DNA of 63,633 nucleotides, counting the filler, from Trichomonas gallinae (Eukaryota), in the NCBI GenBank assembly GCA_008369845.1. It is 8 parts of 8 records of this genome, joined end to end, with 100 filler letters (N's around TTAATTAATTAA, not from the genome) between each part and the next. Parts side by side here need not be neighbours in the genome. Positions count along the whole stretch, not along the records: positions 1 to 20,512 come from MRSU01000454.1; 7 more parts are not named here. One strand, written 5' to 3'. The position numbers and the translations under genes were made by a program. Of this stretch, positions 1 to 11,528 are shown in pieces. The notes under the pieces were generated by a model. That model made no database searches, was not told the origin of the DNA, and saw only the letters and a program-made list of their open reading frames with translations. The first letter of the stretch is position 1. Each line of letters starts with the position of its first letter.

Positions 1-351
1 CATGGGCGTCGCTCTGACTGGCTGATATGAAGCACTTTTTCAAATTTTGTAAACCATTCAAACCTACCCCCTTAAGAATTTTGTCGAAAAGTTGCACCCT
101 TATTTACGTGTCAGTTTTGACATGTAAACTAATTGCATTTTGGTTGTGGATTTCTGTAGGCTATGATTATGTAGGGAAATAAATAGCTTTGTATCTCCAG
201 AGATAGAATATGCAAGATTATTAAATAATTTTCATTAATTCAAAAAATTTCAATCTTATATTCAAAATGAAAACCGTTGTAAAGCGTGGGGAAAAGGCTA
301 TGTGAGGCGTGTAGTTAATAATAGTAAGAAGAAAAAAGATTTAATTTAACT

Positions 352-1059
352 TCAAACTAATGATCTTGAGTTTGAATTTGGGGATGGTGATGGCGTTGGT
401 GTGGCCTTGGACTTGCAATTCTTGAATGTGAATCCGCCACAAATAATAAGAATTAAGAAGAATAAAACAAGAACAGCAATGATAGCACCGATAAGGTACC
501 AGCGATATCTCTCCCAGCACATCTTCCTCTTAACACGTGTAGCAGATCTTTCATATTCCTTAGCATTAGCAGCCATCATATCAGCCTTCTCGTTCATTGT
601 CTCAATCTTATCACCACGAAGGAGTGCGTTTTGCATAGCTTCTGTCATTGTCTCCTGTGTAGCGGCAATGTTAGACTTGATTGTTCTGATTTTATCATTG
701 TTAGTAGAAGTAATTAATGACTGAATTTGTGATCCGAATTCCTGCTGCATGCCATAAGCTGGGACTGTTCTCCAAGTACGGGCATATTGTAAGTTGAATC
801 TCTTCTGAACATTCTCGAGGAACTCGAAAGCGACTTTAGCTTGAATCTGTGGTGAGCCAGCAGCGATGAAATTGAGTCCCTGCTGATCATGGATGACGAA
901 GTAGCGATACTGGCCTTTTTCGGTCATTACCTGGCTCTCATTTGGATTTAAGTGGCCAATGATTTCCATAATTGCGGAATCGAAGTTACCGCTCGAAATA
1001 GCGGCCTGGGCAAGAATTGTGTTATTCCTGCAGACGGCGGCGTAGCTAATATTCGACAT
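352..1059 (-). CDS. VAMP7: Longin-domain R-SNARE (VAMP7/synaptobrevin family)
   Basis: N-terminal longin-like region (YAAVCRNNTILAQ...AFEFLENVQKRF), R-SNARE motif (NALLRGDKIETMNEKA...ATRVKRKMCW) and C-terminal TM helix. First ATG is at 1059; the ORF track starts at an upstream TTG. Confidence 0.9.
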   Translation of the reverse strand: MSNISYAAVCRNNTILAQAAISSGNFDSAIMEIIGHLNPNESQVMTEKGQYRYFVIHDQQGLNFIAAGSPQIQAKVAFEFLENVQKRFNLQYARTWRTVPAYGMQQEFGSQIQSLITSTNNDKIRTIKSNIAATQETMTEAMQNALLRGDKIETMNEKADMMAANAKEYERSATRVKRKMCWERYRWYLIGAIIAVLVLFFLILIICGGFTFKNCKSKATPTPSPSPNSNSRSLV

Positions 1060-1238
1060 CTGCTCCAACGATATATAAATAATTCAATTTATTGTGAAGT
1101 TTACATTTCAACTGCCACACTTTTTTTGCTAAAAAATTTCATTTCAATGCCATTGGATATACATGAATTCTAACTACTTGAACATATTTCACACATCAAA
1201 CTACATCATGCATCGTTTTTGGATCAGATTACACATTC

Positions 1239-1336
1239 TTGACATATAAATCATATTCTTGACATGTAAAACTTATTATTGACATATAACAAGTATTTTT
1301 GATATGAAAATACTATTTTTGACATGTAAATCATAT
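1239..1336. repeat. Tandem array of five 20-bp units, core TTGA(C/T)AT(A/G)
   Basis: TTGAC/TTGAT begins at 1239, 1259, 1279, 1299 and 1319. Confidence 0.85.
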
Positions 1337-1350
1337 AGGAAATTTCATCA

Positions 1351-1470
1351 ATCAAAACTGATGAAAATTTTATTAAAAGACTACTCTATATTGCTGTTGA
1401 GATTAAGGCACTTGAAATTGTTCAATATTTTGTTGAACATGGTTCTGTTGTCAACATGAAAATGTTTTGA
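1351..1470 (+). pseudogene. Ankyrin-repeat gene fragment
   Basis: Frame from 1351 reads IKTDENFIKRLLYIAVEIKALEIVQYFVEHGSVVNMKMF*, matching the ankyrin consensus (LHxAaxxgxleivkyLlehGadvN). No start codon precedes the repeat. Confidence 0.65.
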
Positions 1471-1795
1471 ATAATATATGATTGATCATTACAATATTTG
1501 CATAGAGTATATGATTATATATGTGTGCATTATATATCATATCTGATATAATATTAATCAATAAAAATATCATTGATTTTGATGCCATATTAACTGAAAA
1601 TATATTACATCTCTGTAATACAATTGATATATAATGTAAAAAATATAGCAATAGAAAGAAAATCAATCAAAATCAAACTAAACAAGTAAAATTTTGATAT
1701 AAAATTAAACTATATATGATATTTTATCCAAAAACACTAAAAACAAAGAAATAAAAATCAAGGACGATAAGTCGTCCGTTTCTGTAATCATAGGA

Positions 1796-4700
1796 ATGAG
1801 TGAAGAAGTCGACGCAGCGATGAAAAAAGTCGCTGCAAGTCAGACTTTGATTCAGAATATACTTAGCTATGATCCTCAGATGATTTTTTCAGACACATTC
1901 GAAAGAATTTTGCATCAATTAAATTCGTTAGAAGAATTGTACAATCAAATAATCGTGAAAGAGAGGAATTATTGGTGCGCATATAACATAGTCATCGAAA
2001 TAATGTCAATTTTGGAAAAGCTTGTGTTTTTTGGCTACAGCGATCAAATTTTAGAATACAGCCTCTCTCTTTTCCATTCTATATCAACATACATCATATT
2101 TAGAACATCTAGGTTCATACCTTTTCGCATGCAGTTTTTCTACTTAATCTGCTCAGCAATGGCGAATACACAAAATTCTCGCGACAAAGATGCCGAAAAT
2201 CTCATAAACACATTCAAATCGGAATTAACACAGCTTATGCAGCTCGAACAATCAAATACAAATGGACTTGCTGAAAAAATTACAACATGTAACGGCGATG
2301 AAATTTGCTTGAAAGATTTGTTCGATCTTTGCTTTAATTCGATATCTGTTATGCTAGTACACTTCACTACATCAGCAGATATTGAATATGAAAAGCCAGG
2401 TTCAAATCAAAAAGCAAAACAAAGAGGAAAGAAGCAAGTTAAAGAGGATACGTCTGTATCAGAGTTACCACCTCTTCCTAGCCAAAAGGCTGTTGAAATG
2501 GTAATAAATGCTTTCGAATCGCCTTTATCAAAACAAGATTATCTCAATAAATACTCATCAATCATTCAAGCATGGGTGAATCCAGCTTGCAATCTCGAAC
2601 CTATACTGCTTCATCGTCTCTTGTTTGCATTTATTCGTTCAGGAAATTTCAATGATACAGAAGCATTGTCAAAAGCCCATCCTGATGATCCTATTGTTAC
2701 TCTTGCTCAAAATATAGCAGAAAACAACTGGATGGAAGTATCAGTTACACTTACTGCGCTTTCGAATGAAATTATATCAACAGATTACCAATTTTTCTAT
2801 GAAATAGCAATGAGACTATGGAATATATTTGCAAACAAGAAGATCCAGGACCCTCTGGTGTTAAGAGGTTTCCTCAGAGTCCTTTTTGTAGTCCCAAATC
2901 CTTGTCCGATGCATGTAACACTCGCAGCTCTTCATTTGTGCTGGCATCTCGAGTCATTAGACTTGTACGGTGAGTGCATAGAAGTCTCGCGTAAAGCGTT
3001 GGATGTGTTACTTAATTTCAGGGATATATATGCGACGAGAAAATTCGATTGCGTGATTTCTCCAACAGAACAAATTCCGACGAAGCCAGCGGACAAAGCT
3101 TATTTGCTATTCGAGAACTGGCTGGAGTGTCTCCACGTTGACCTCTTGAGTGTTTGGATATCAGCAACTCTCAGATTTGGCCTAATAAATGACACGGATA
3201 AGCAAGCCCAAAACTACGAGAAAGAAATTCAAGACAAAAAAGACGAATACGAGCGAACAAAACAATTATATGGTATCCTCGATAACAAGCAGAAACAGCA
3301 CTTTGATGAAGCCATCAACAGACCATTCAAGCCGCCAGCCTACTCAAAGACAGCAGAAGAAGAACTTCTCACGAAATACAAAAACAATTTCGCAGTCAAG
3401 GCTTTGATTTACATTCAAATGTCTTTCTTCAGGCCGCAGAAAGCTGAAGAATTCCTTGAGAAAGCGAGACAGAGTTTGATTGAGTTAGAGTCAATAACAA
3501 ACACAGTGAATTCGCCAATAATTTTCGCCACAAGAACACAAATAGCTTTAAGTTGTTCTAAATACTGTCAAAACACGAAAACAGTTGCTGTTTTTGGCAA
3601 AGAAGTCGTCGGAAACACAGGACTGACAACGTCAAACACATATCTTCAAGGATGCGGAATCAAACAAGACAAAGTTGAGGCTTTTCTTATATCAAAACTT
3701 AAACCAAATACATTGTACACGTTCGCTTTCGGAGGCTACAATTCTCATGGTGAACTCATTGACACTTTGAGTGAGCCATTCTATGTTTCTACTTCTCATA
3801 CATTGTCAGTTAGGTTAATATGGAGCTATATTGCTGCAGCTGCTTACAGATCGAAAGATTTAGTTTCATTCGATGTCGCTTTGACTTATTTGATCCAGTG
3901 TTTCGCTGAAATCGCTGTTCAGTCTGAAGACAACATGTTCTATCAGTACATGAATCCTTTCAACAGGTTCATTCTTAAGTCAAACATTATTTCTGAGCCA
4001 GCACCGTTGATCAGATCTTTCGCGTCAGTTTTATTAATGTCGGCAAGATTGTTTGCTTCTAAGCCGCTCCACGCAACATCTTTCCAGCATCTCTCATTGA
4101 TTCTCGCGCAGATATTGAATAATCCTGACTTGATTCTCACAGGAAGCAGAGAAATTTTGGCGACATTGCAGCCATTAATCGGCCAATCATTCCACGTTAA
4201 ATGGGTTATTCAGCCACTTCTCTTAATCATCAACGCTCTCAAAAACAACAAGCCAACGAGGAATGAAGACGAGCACCAGCAGATTCTCGCTTGTGCTTCT
4301 TACTGCCTTGACAACGCATTCGTCAAACTTTACCAGGAACGACAGATTTCTCAATATGTTTTAAGCACCATTTTAGAACTTCCTACAAACAGCCACTGGA
4401 GGCAGTCTTTCATTATGTTTGCAGCGCAGCATCAGCTCGTTGACAGCTCAATCACAAATGAGCAAGTTTTACCTACTTATGCTGCGGAAATGTTCAGGCA
4501 ATCTCCTGACAAATCTTTCGATGAATGTTTCAACAAATTCAGATTAGATCCATTATTCCCAGCAGCAGCTGTTTACCTGATAACAATGGCTCACACAGCT
4601 GGAATGAATAATCAAGGAGTAAACTGGTCAAAGCAAGCTCTTGAGTTCGTAAAAAGCTTAGTTCACGAACAAGACGATTCCAAGGCAAATCTGAAGAAAT

Positions 4701-7700
4701 CAGGCAAAGGAGCAAAACCACCGCCAAAGAAGAAAACACCAATCAAAGGAAAGAAGCAAGACACGCAGAAACAGAATACAGAAGAAGCTCTTCAAAATCA
4801 AATGGCAACCAAAATCCAAAACTGCTGGATGAAGCATCACACGAGACAAAAGAAAAACCAAAAATTCTACGAATGCAATCAGCATCGTGCAGCACTTTTG
4901 CTTCTTAGCGCAATGTGCCAGCTAGAACTGGATGAAACAATGAAGCACGCAAAGCCAGTTACTCTCGATAACTCAGGAAAAGTTACGCCAAAGCATCAGC
5001 AGAGAAAATCATTGACTTCTGCACAGAAAAGAAGACTTTCTGTTGATGCATCACAGTTCGAAGCGGAATTTAATTATGACGCGGCAAACAACTTCCTGCA
5101 GACAGTTTTACAGACAATTGTCATCGGATACAGATCAAGACGTCCTGATATTCAAAGAGCGGCAACTCATTTGCTGAGAGTTTTCATGTCAACTGTTCCT
5201 TACAAGTCTCCAATCTTCAAGAACATTTCTGCCAAAATGGTTACATTTTCGAATGTTTTAGTTCACTATTTGCCACTTGAAGAAAGGTGGGCGCAATCCT
5301 GCGTATTCGATATATTCATGTTCTTGGTAAACGATGACAAACAAAGTGCTTTAATTGGACACTTTCAAGCTGCTTGTGCCGTTGAGCCATCAATGGGTAA
5401 AATGCTGTGGATGATTGACGTCCAGGAAATTCCTGACGATTTACAGAAGGTTTTGGTGCAATTACAAAGAAGAGATCCGGCCGAAAACGCGTTTTACATG
5501 GCGAGTGACATGCTCTACAAGCTGAACCTTGATTCTCCAGATGCATGTAATCTCGATCGCCAAGTTGCAGTTAAGAACATTCTCGACATTGCAATCAACC
5601 TCCAACACAAACAAAAATTGTCAATGTCACTATCTTTGCTTACAAGGCTTGGATTCTACTCAAAGAGGTTTTACGACCACAAGAACGCTCTCAAGAGATG
5701 GCAGGATGCTCTAGAATGCCACTTCAGACTCGTCAGAGCTTACGAGAAAGTCGACCAGCTTCTTCAAGGAGAAACTGAAGAATCATTTTACCAAAAGCAT
5801 TCATGGGCCGGCTGCCTGAGCATTTTCGTACTCGCATCTTATATAGCTATGTCCAGCGAGCGCCAAATTGCTTTACCGCTTTGCAAACTTGCTGCTTTCG
5901 CAATCGGTAGTTTGTTTGCAAACGAATCTACTCATCCGAAGAAACAAATTGATTTCGCGACGTATGAACCATCAGAAATTGTCCAAGGCGTTGATATATT
6001 CTCTGAACTTGATCCAAACCAGCCATTACTAGAATGTGTTCCAGCTCAAAATATCTGCGGCGCAATTACATATTTATTGAGTGCCATGCAATCTTACGAA
6101 CTTTTCTTCGAAATGTTCAAGCCGATTGCTTTTGCTAGACACTTCTTCAGGTTTATTGTCCGTGAACAAGGAGTCCTTGCTCGTGTTCGACTCATTGGTG
6201 CCTTCATCTGCTGCAATTTCGGATTCGTCAGCAGCGCAGTTATTATTCTGAATGACACAATCACGAATTTCGGTCAGCCGCATAATACTCAAGAATTTAC
6301 ATTGACCCCACCTAATGTTAAACGATTCCAATATGATCAGACAGAAGGTCCTTCGTTCCAACCAAACAGCGAATGCATTAAATACCTGACATCGCCAACA
6401 ACATTCAACTCAATTTCAGCAACTTTTGGTGCCCAAGTTTTCGCACTTTATATTTTGTGCGTTTCTCGTTTGTTATGTGTTCTTTCTTCATCGCAAAATC
6501 CAATTGTTGAGAACACTGACAGTATTTCTACCGCAACAACACCAACAACTAAATCAACTAACTCTAGATCAAAGCACCGCAAGTCAAACGTTCATCACAA
6601 GAAAGAAGAATTAACAGCTAGTTTCTCTATGACAGGTTTAAGTGAAATTTCTGACAGTTTACTTAAACTTGCTGAACAGTTACTGACGAATATGATGACA
6701 AGAGAATTCGGACAAGACCAGCTACAGATCAAATACGAGTTGATGCTTGAATTGGCCCGTGTTAAGATGCACATGTGGATGTGGGAATCTGCAATGTCAA
6801 CAGCAAACAATTTAGAAGGTCCACTGAAAGAAACAAACAGCGACTTGATGAGTTTCGATTGTTCAAACATTCTCGATAAGTCAATGAACTTAGTTGTTGG
6901 CTTGGAGAGAATCAGACAACAAATTATTGCCGAATGTGCATTCTATGTTCATGATATATCAACAGCCGATAGATATGGATCTCCTTACATGAAAGCTTTA
7001 GTCTTGATACAAAGAGCTGAATTCGAACAAGCAGCGAAATTATTGTTGAACATTGCGATGACGAAACCTATTACTAGATTCTACAGAGAGCACGTTGTGT
7101 CATGTGCACAGCTTGTTACTTTGTTCTGCTTCGATAAGCAACTCATCGATTCTGTTCTAGGAGAAATGCCGCAAACTGAAAGACAAGTTTTCTCTCCAAT
7201 TGCTCTTGCTCAACATACATACGAATCTGTTGAGCACTTCTATGTTACAGAGCTCGCGATGCGTGAGTCCAAGAACTTGTATTTGTGCGACACTCATCTG
7301 ATTGTGAGATTGCAGTATCTTTATGCAACAGCAAACATCAAATTCAAAGGCAATGAAAATTCACTTGCAATTCTGGAAAAGGCAGCAAACATGATGACAA
7401 CGATCTGCCCATATCAATCACACGGCCTCAGTTTCTTGATTGCTTCAACTGCTTCGAGGATCAAAATGCAGGACTTCTTAACTCAGAATCCAACTGCTGT
7501 GCAATTCTGGAACAAAGATGTAGAAGGCGAATCACTCAAAAACGTCACACTGCCGAAATTCTCCGGTGCAACAGTCGATATGATGTCTGAAGCTATGCGT
7601 CAGATGTTCGGTACCCACCCTGACTGCGTTGTTCATCCAGCGAGCCAACAAGCAATCTTAGATTTAGTTTTGTTGGTTGGCCTTTCACAGGCAGAAAATA

Positions 7701-8842
7701 ACCGTCGCGAAAGAACACTTTCTGTCTTGACAATAGCTCACGCTGTTAAGACATCGAGGAGATTCATCCAGAGTTTAGTGTCTGAGTGTCCAGACTCGCC
7801 ATCAACAACTTGCCCGCAGCTTCTTCAGAATGACAACAACTCAAATTCGGCTAGAAATCTTGCTGCTGCTTATTATTCGCACGTTTGTTCGCTCGATCAG
7901 CCAATTTTCGATGCTTCATTGATAGAATCACGCACATTCTTATTCTTCAGGTGTTTCGAGGAGCAATGCGCAGTATTCAAGTCACTCTCCCAGCCAACAG
8001 AAACGAATTTGGATGCAGGCTATGTTGTCGGTCAATGGTACAAAGTCGACTCGCGCGCAATGAAAGTTGAATCGGGCGACGACAACGCAACACAAACAAT
8101 CAGAACAGCAAGGACAGGAATGACAGGCATGACTCCACGCACAACAACATCAGGAGCGTCAAGAGCTACAACGGCAACAGGTGGAAGAAGCAAGTCTTCT
8201 GTTGTATCTGGAATTTTCTATTACTGGCTAGGAACAGTGACACTCGAAGAAGAAGCAAAGAACACTGGAATGAGAATCGCTCCAGTAATCATCGTCGCAC
8301 AAGCAAATGACATCAGCGAGCTAAATGCTGAAATGTCCGATGTTGGTCTTACATTGCAAGAGCTCGGCCACATGGAGAAAGTCGCAGGAACGACAGAAGC
8401 TCCAGCAACAAAAGAAGGACCAGAAAAACTCACGAGGAAGAAGACATCAGTAAAACTCATGAAATCTACTTCTTCATTCCTCCACACATCTACATCATCA
8501 GCGAATATCAACAATGCCCTCACTCCGCTCAAGAATCAAGTGGAGCAGGCTTCCAAATCAGCAACGGCTAAGTGGGGAGTCGCTCAACATAAGCTCGAAG
8601 CTTTGCTGACAAAAAGTGCTAAACTTGTTGCAAAAATTACAACGAAAGGTGGAAGATGGAGAGGTGAGATTAAGGCAAACGCTCTTGCTAAGGAGTCTGC
8701 AGTCGCTATTAGTCACTTATTAAGTCTTCAATTTGGAATTTGCGAAAAAGATGAAGGACTTGCTTCATTCATTTACACACTGACACCAGCAAGCAATAGA
8801 AAGAAGTCTGAACCATCAACACTACCTTCATTGAAGTTATAA
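1796..8842 (+). CDS. CFAP54: Cilia- and flagella-associated protein 54-like (central-pair projection protein)
   Basis: 2348 aa, largely helical. The segment LKPNTLYTFAFGGYNSHGELI resembles the CFAP54 block LExNEKYxFAVAAYxxxGKL as I recall it. Also an IQ-like motif (MATKIQNCWMKH) and ALKRWQDALECHF. Confidence 0.75.
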   Translation: MSEEVDAAMKKVAASQTLIQNILSYDPQMIFSDTFERILHQLNSLEELYNQIIVKERNYWCAYNIVIEIMSILEKLVFFGYSDQILEYSLSLFHSISTYIIFRTSRFIPFRMQFFYLICSAMANTQNSRDKDAENLINTFKSELTQLMQLEQSNTNGLAEKITTCNGDEICLKDLFDLCFNSISVMLVHFTTSADIEYEKPGSNQKAKQRGKKQVKEDTSVSELPPLPSQKAVEMVINAFESPLSKQDYLNKYSSIIQAWVNPACNLEPILLHRLLFAFIRSGNFNDTEALSKAHPDDPIVTLAQNIAENNWMEVSVTLTALSNEIISTDYQFFYEIAMRLWNIFANKKIQDPLVLRGFLRVLFVVPNPCPMHVTLAALHLCWHLESLDLYGECIEVSRKALDVLLNFRDIYATRKFDCVISPTEQIPTKPADKAYLLFENWLECLHVDLLSVWISATLRFGLINDTDKQAQNYEKEIQDKKDEYERTKQLYGILDNKQKQHFDEAINRPFKPPAYSKTAEEELLTKYKNNFAVKALIYIQMSFFRPQKAEEFLEKARQSLIELESITNTVNSPIIFATRTQIALSCSKYCQNTKTVAVFGKEVVGNTGLTTSNTYLQGCGIKQDKVEAFLISKLKPNTLYTFAFGGYNSHGELIDTLSEPFYVSTSHTLSVRLIWSYIAAAAYRSKDLVSFDVALTYLIQCFAEIAVQSEDNMFYQYMNPFNRFILKSNIISEPAPLIRSFASVLLMSARLFASKPLHATSFQHLSLILAQILNNPDLILTGSREILATLQPLIGQSFHVKWVIQPLLLIINALKNNKPTRNEDEHQQILACASYCLDNAFVKLYQERQISQYVLSTILELPTNSHWRQSFIMFAAQHQLVDSSITNEQVLPTYAAEMFRQSPDKSFDECFNKFRLDPLFPAAAVYLITMAHTAGMNNQGVNWSKQALEFVKSLVHEQDDSKANLKKSGKGAKPPPKKKTPIKGKKQDTQKQNTEEALQNQMATKIQNCWMKHHTRQKKNQKFYECNQHRAALLLLSAMCQLELDETMKHAKPVTLDNSGKVTPKHQQRKSLTSAQKRRLSVDASQFEAEFNYDAANNFLQTVLQTIVIGYRSRRPDIQRAATHLLRVFMSTVPYKSPIFKNISAKMVTFSNVLVHYLPLEERWAQSCVFDIFMFLVNDDKQSALIGHFQAACAVEPSMGKMLWMIDVQEIPDDLQKVLVQLQRRDPAENAFYMASDMLYKLNLDSPDACNLDRQVAVKNILDIAINLQHKQKLSMSLSLLTRLGFYSKRFYDHKNALKRWQDALECHFRLVRAYEKVDQLLQGETEESFYQKHSWAGCLSIFVLASYIAMSSERQIALPLCKLAAFAIGSLFANESTHPKKQIDFATYEPSEIVQGVDIFSELDPNQPLLECVPAQNICGAITYLLSAMQSYELFFEMFKPIAFARHFFRFIVREQGVLARVRLIGAFICCNFGFVSSAVIILNDTITNFGQPHNTQEFTLTPPNVKRFQYDQTEGPSFQPNSECIKYLTSPTTFNSISATFGAQVFALYILCVSRLLCVLSSSQNPIVENTDSISTATTPTTKSTNSRSKHRKSNVHHKKEELTASFSMTGLSEISDSLLKLAEQLLTNMMTREFGQDQLQIKYELMLELARVKMHMWMWESAMSTANNLEGPLKETNSDLMSFDCSNILDKSMNLVVGLERIRQQIIAECAFYVHDISTADRYGSPYMKALVLIQRAEFEQAAKLLLNIAMTKPITRFYREHVVSCAQLVTLFCFDKQLIDSVLGEMPQTERQVFSPIALAQHTYESVEHFYVTELAMRESKNLYLCDTHLIVRLQYLYATANIKFKGNENSLAILEKAANMMTTICPYQSHGLSFLIASTASRIKMQDFLTQNPTAVQFWNKDVEGESLKNVTLPKFSGATVDMMSEAMRQMFGTHPDCVVHPASQQAILDLVLLVGLSQAENNRRERTLSVLTIAHAVKTSRRFIQSLVSECPDSPSTTCPQLLQNDNNSNSARNLAAAYYSHVCSLDQPIFDASLIESRTFLFFRCFEEQCAVFKSLSQPTETNLDAGYVVGQWYKVDSRAMKVESGDDNATQTIRTARTGMTGMTPRTTTSGASRATTATGGRSKSSVVSGIFYYWLGTVTLEEEAKNTGMRIAPVIIVAQANDISELNAEMSDVGLTLQELGHMEKVAGTTEAPATKEGPEKLTRKKTSVKLMKSTSSFLHTSTSSANINNALTPLKNQVEQASKSATAKWGVAQHKLEALLTKSAKLVAKITTKGGRWRGEIKANALAKESAVAISHLLSLQFGICEKDEGLASFIYTLTPASNRKKSEPSTLPSLKL

Positions 8843-9192
8843 ATTATTTTGTTATTTTTATGTTATGTATTATTAAAGAATTCTATTCTTAGACCCTATA
8901 TTTTTGAATTCACAAGCATAAATTGTTGTATTTTCTATTTTTCGAAAGATCAAATTTTGAATATGCAATTTAAGCTTTAATAGATATACAATTTTGTGAC
9001 TTTTGGCTTATTCACATTGAATCATAAGGTAAAAATGTATAGTTAAGCTTTGATTGTTAATATGATAGAAAAAAATAACTTTGAATTGAGATTTGCTTTG
9101 TTAACTTTAAAACATTTCCTTTTAGTATTATGTAGCTATAATCAAATATCTCTTTCTATCAAAAAATATCTAAAACATAAATAATGTTAAAA

Positions 9193-9654
9193 TCAGTTGA
9201 CAAGTCCCTGCTCGAACATCTGTCTTCCTGTTGGTGGGAGAGAAGTATCGTGTTTGGGAGCCATCTCTTCGTTGAATTTGGCGAGCCAAAGCAAGAAGTT
9301 TTCTCTGGAGAATGGCGTGGATGTAACTTGCTCCTGTGTGACCTGGAAGTCCTTTTCCGGGATACCAGCAAGGAATGTAATGCCGCTGCCGACGAGATAA
9401 GCAATCATCGATAATCCAGCCATTGTCTTTGCGATCTTTGTGAGGTGCTCTTCAAGCTTTTTACCTGAGATGCCCTCGATTTTTGCACGGACGGCCGGAA
9501 TTTCGTCTGGATATTGTTCGTTGACTGTAAATGTGAGTGTTGCATTTCTTCCTTGTGTTGAAATTGCGACAGAAACAACATTCTTCTGTTCCATGTGGTA
9601 ATTATCGCCGTAAATAAGCGCGAGCTCTTCTTTCTCAAGCTCAAAGTTATTCAT
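9193..9654 (-). CDS. RWD-domain protein (RWDD1/Gir2-like)
   Basis: EKEELALIYGD, LTFTVNEQYPDEIP (YPxxxP), and C-terminal TPFSRENFLLWLAKF...TGRQMFE typical of Gir2/RWDD1. Start placed at ATG 9654; 9672 is an alternative. Confidence 0.85.
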   Translation of the reverse strand: MNNFELEKEELALIYGDNYHMEQKNVVSVAISTQGRNATLTFTVNEQYPDEIPAVRAKIEGISGKKLEEHLTKIAKTMAGLSMIAYLVGSGITFLAGIPEKDFQVTQEQVTSTPFSRENFLLWLAKFNEEMAPKHDTSLPPTGRQMFEQGLVN

Positions 9655-10445
9655 CAAAAAAATTTTGGTCATATCGTCACTTTTCTGTCTGGCTATCAAC
9701 TTTTTCTTGCTTTATTTGAGCTCTTTATCATATAATGATTCTATTTTTCACCGAATTTTTCGTTTCCATCAACATTTCTCTTATAATCAACTCATTTTTT
9801 GTTTTTAGTTTTATATTCATAAATTACATCTATTTACAATTCTAATTATCACAAAATTATTTCGAAAAATCAAATTCAATTGATTATTTTTTCACGGAGA
9901 AAAAAAAATTGTTTTTTCACAATGATCTAAATTATAGAAATCGATTTTAATAAAATAATATTATATAATAATGCAATTAGTATATTATTGTAAATTTAGA
10001 ATTAACATATAATGGCTATTTTTAGGGAAAAAATAAGTTGCAAAATCATCATGATAATATTTTTTAAATTTGTTCAAAAATTTATTATTATAATGCACAT
10101 TGTGAAAATTATATAAATGATTAATTTTAAAGATTTTTCTTGTTTTGTTCATATTATCCCTTAGATTTATTTGATTTTATGAATCATGAATCATTAAATA
10201 GTTATATCTGATGTTAATTTATTCTAGTTAGTTAAAGTTTGTATGTTATGAATAACTTTTTGAATAACAAATTGAAAATTATGGGAGAACACTACAAATA
10301 TTTTAACTATTGCTCATATGATTGTTATCATATCATATGTCAATGCAATTCGAAATGAAAATTTAAATATGCTAATAAATATATCTTTGTGAAAAAATTA
10401 AAGTGTGTAGTGGTAATTACATGATTTGAATATATAATATTTACA

Positions 10446-11528
10446 TCAAAAATTAGCATTGTTCTTTCTAAGATTTTTCATCTTCGATTCATGCTTCAAA
10501 CGTCCGATTTCTCTCTTCATACTTTCATTTTCCGTGCGCGCATTAATCAACTCATTCTCCTTCGCCTCTAAAATCTTCTTAAGCTTCTCATATTCCGCAA
10601 ATGAATTTTCGTCGCCGTCTTTCGAAGCCTCACGGCGGGGCTCGGAGTTAACAGCCTGCATTGTCAGACGCAGCTCCTCGCCATCTCTAACTGTCGAATA
10701 TATCTGGCGCTTCTGTATGTGTTCCACTTTGTCAATTGACTCTCTCATCATTTCTTCTTTCTTTTTCGCTTCTTCTAGTTTTCTCTTGAGTGTGTCGATT
10801 GCGTGCGTGTTCTGGTCGACGCACCTCTTCTGCCTCATCTGGTAGCTCGCATCAAGAGCTTTCAGCTTGTTTTGGAGCGAATTTATTTTCAATATTTGAT
10901 TTCTTTCCATCTCCTCGAGAGTTGTTACGCAGTCGCTTAGCCTAGACTTTGCTGCCATGAGTGCTGCGTATCTTTCATCGTTTTTCTGTCTAACAGCTGT
11001 TTCTAAGCGAGATAATCTTGCATATTCGATTTCGTTTAATTCTTCGACATCTGGGCTTGCATCTTCTATTGCAGCCTTTTCAGCCCTTCCTACAGTACTT
11101 AGTAGCTGTTGTGACATTTCTTGTGCTTGTTTTATTGCTATATCGATATTTCCTGTTCTTTGAGTCTCTCTTTTCTTTGCCCAGACTTCTAGACGTGATA
11201 AAGACTCTTGGTAGTCATGTTGTAATGTTTCCATTTCTTTTCTGTGTTTTTCTACGAGTTCTAAAATTTCATTTTCGTGTTGTGTTTTAATTTTCGCGAT
11301 TTTTGCCTTCTTTTTTGCTATATCACGTGATGTTTTACCTAGTTTCGCCTGCTCTGACTGTGAGAGAATGATATTGACTCTGTTTAGTTGATCTTTTGTT
11401 TGATTAATTTCGCCCTGAATCTCTATTAAATCATTTGACAAGCGCCCAATCTCGTCGTCGGCGAGATTAATGTTAACCTGCACTTTGTGCTGGAAATGCT
11501 CAATGCGTCGGTCAAAAACACTTGTCAT
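10446..11528 (-). CDS. Coiled-coil protein of unknown function
   Basis: About 360 aa, E/K/Q/R-rich heptad pattern throughout. ATG at 11528. Confidence 0.75.
   Translation of the reverse strand: MTSVFDRRIEHFQHKVQVNINLADDEIGRLSNDLIEIQGEINQTKDQLNRVNIILSQSEQAKLGKTSRDIAKKKAKIAKIKTQHENEILELVEKHRKEMETLQHDYQESLSRLEVWAKKRETQRTGNIDIAIKQAQEMSQQLLSTVGRAEKAAIEDASPDVEELNEIEYARLSRLETAVRQKNDERYAALMAAKSRLSDCVTTLEEMERNQILKINSLQNKLKALDASYQMRQKRCVDQNTHAIDTLKRKLEEAKKKEEMMRESIDKVEHIQKRQIYSTVRDGEELRLTMQAVNSEPRREASKDGDENSFAEYEKLKKILEAKENELINARTENESMKREIGRLKHESKMKNLRKNNANF

Noticed and set aside
1239..1336. CRISPR-like repeat/spacer appearance
   Set aside because: Period is only 20-21 bp with degenerate cores, there are no cas genes, and the context is eukaryotic.
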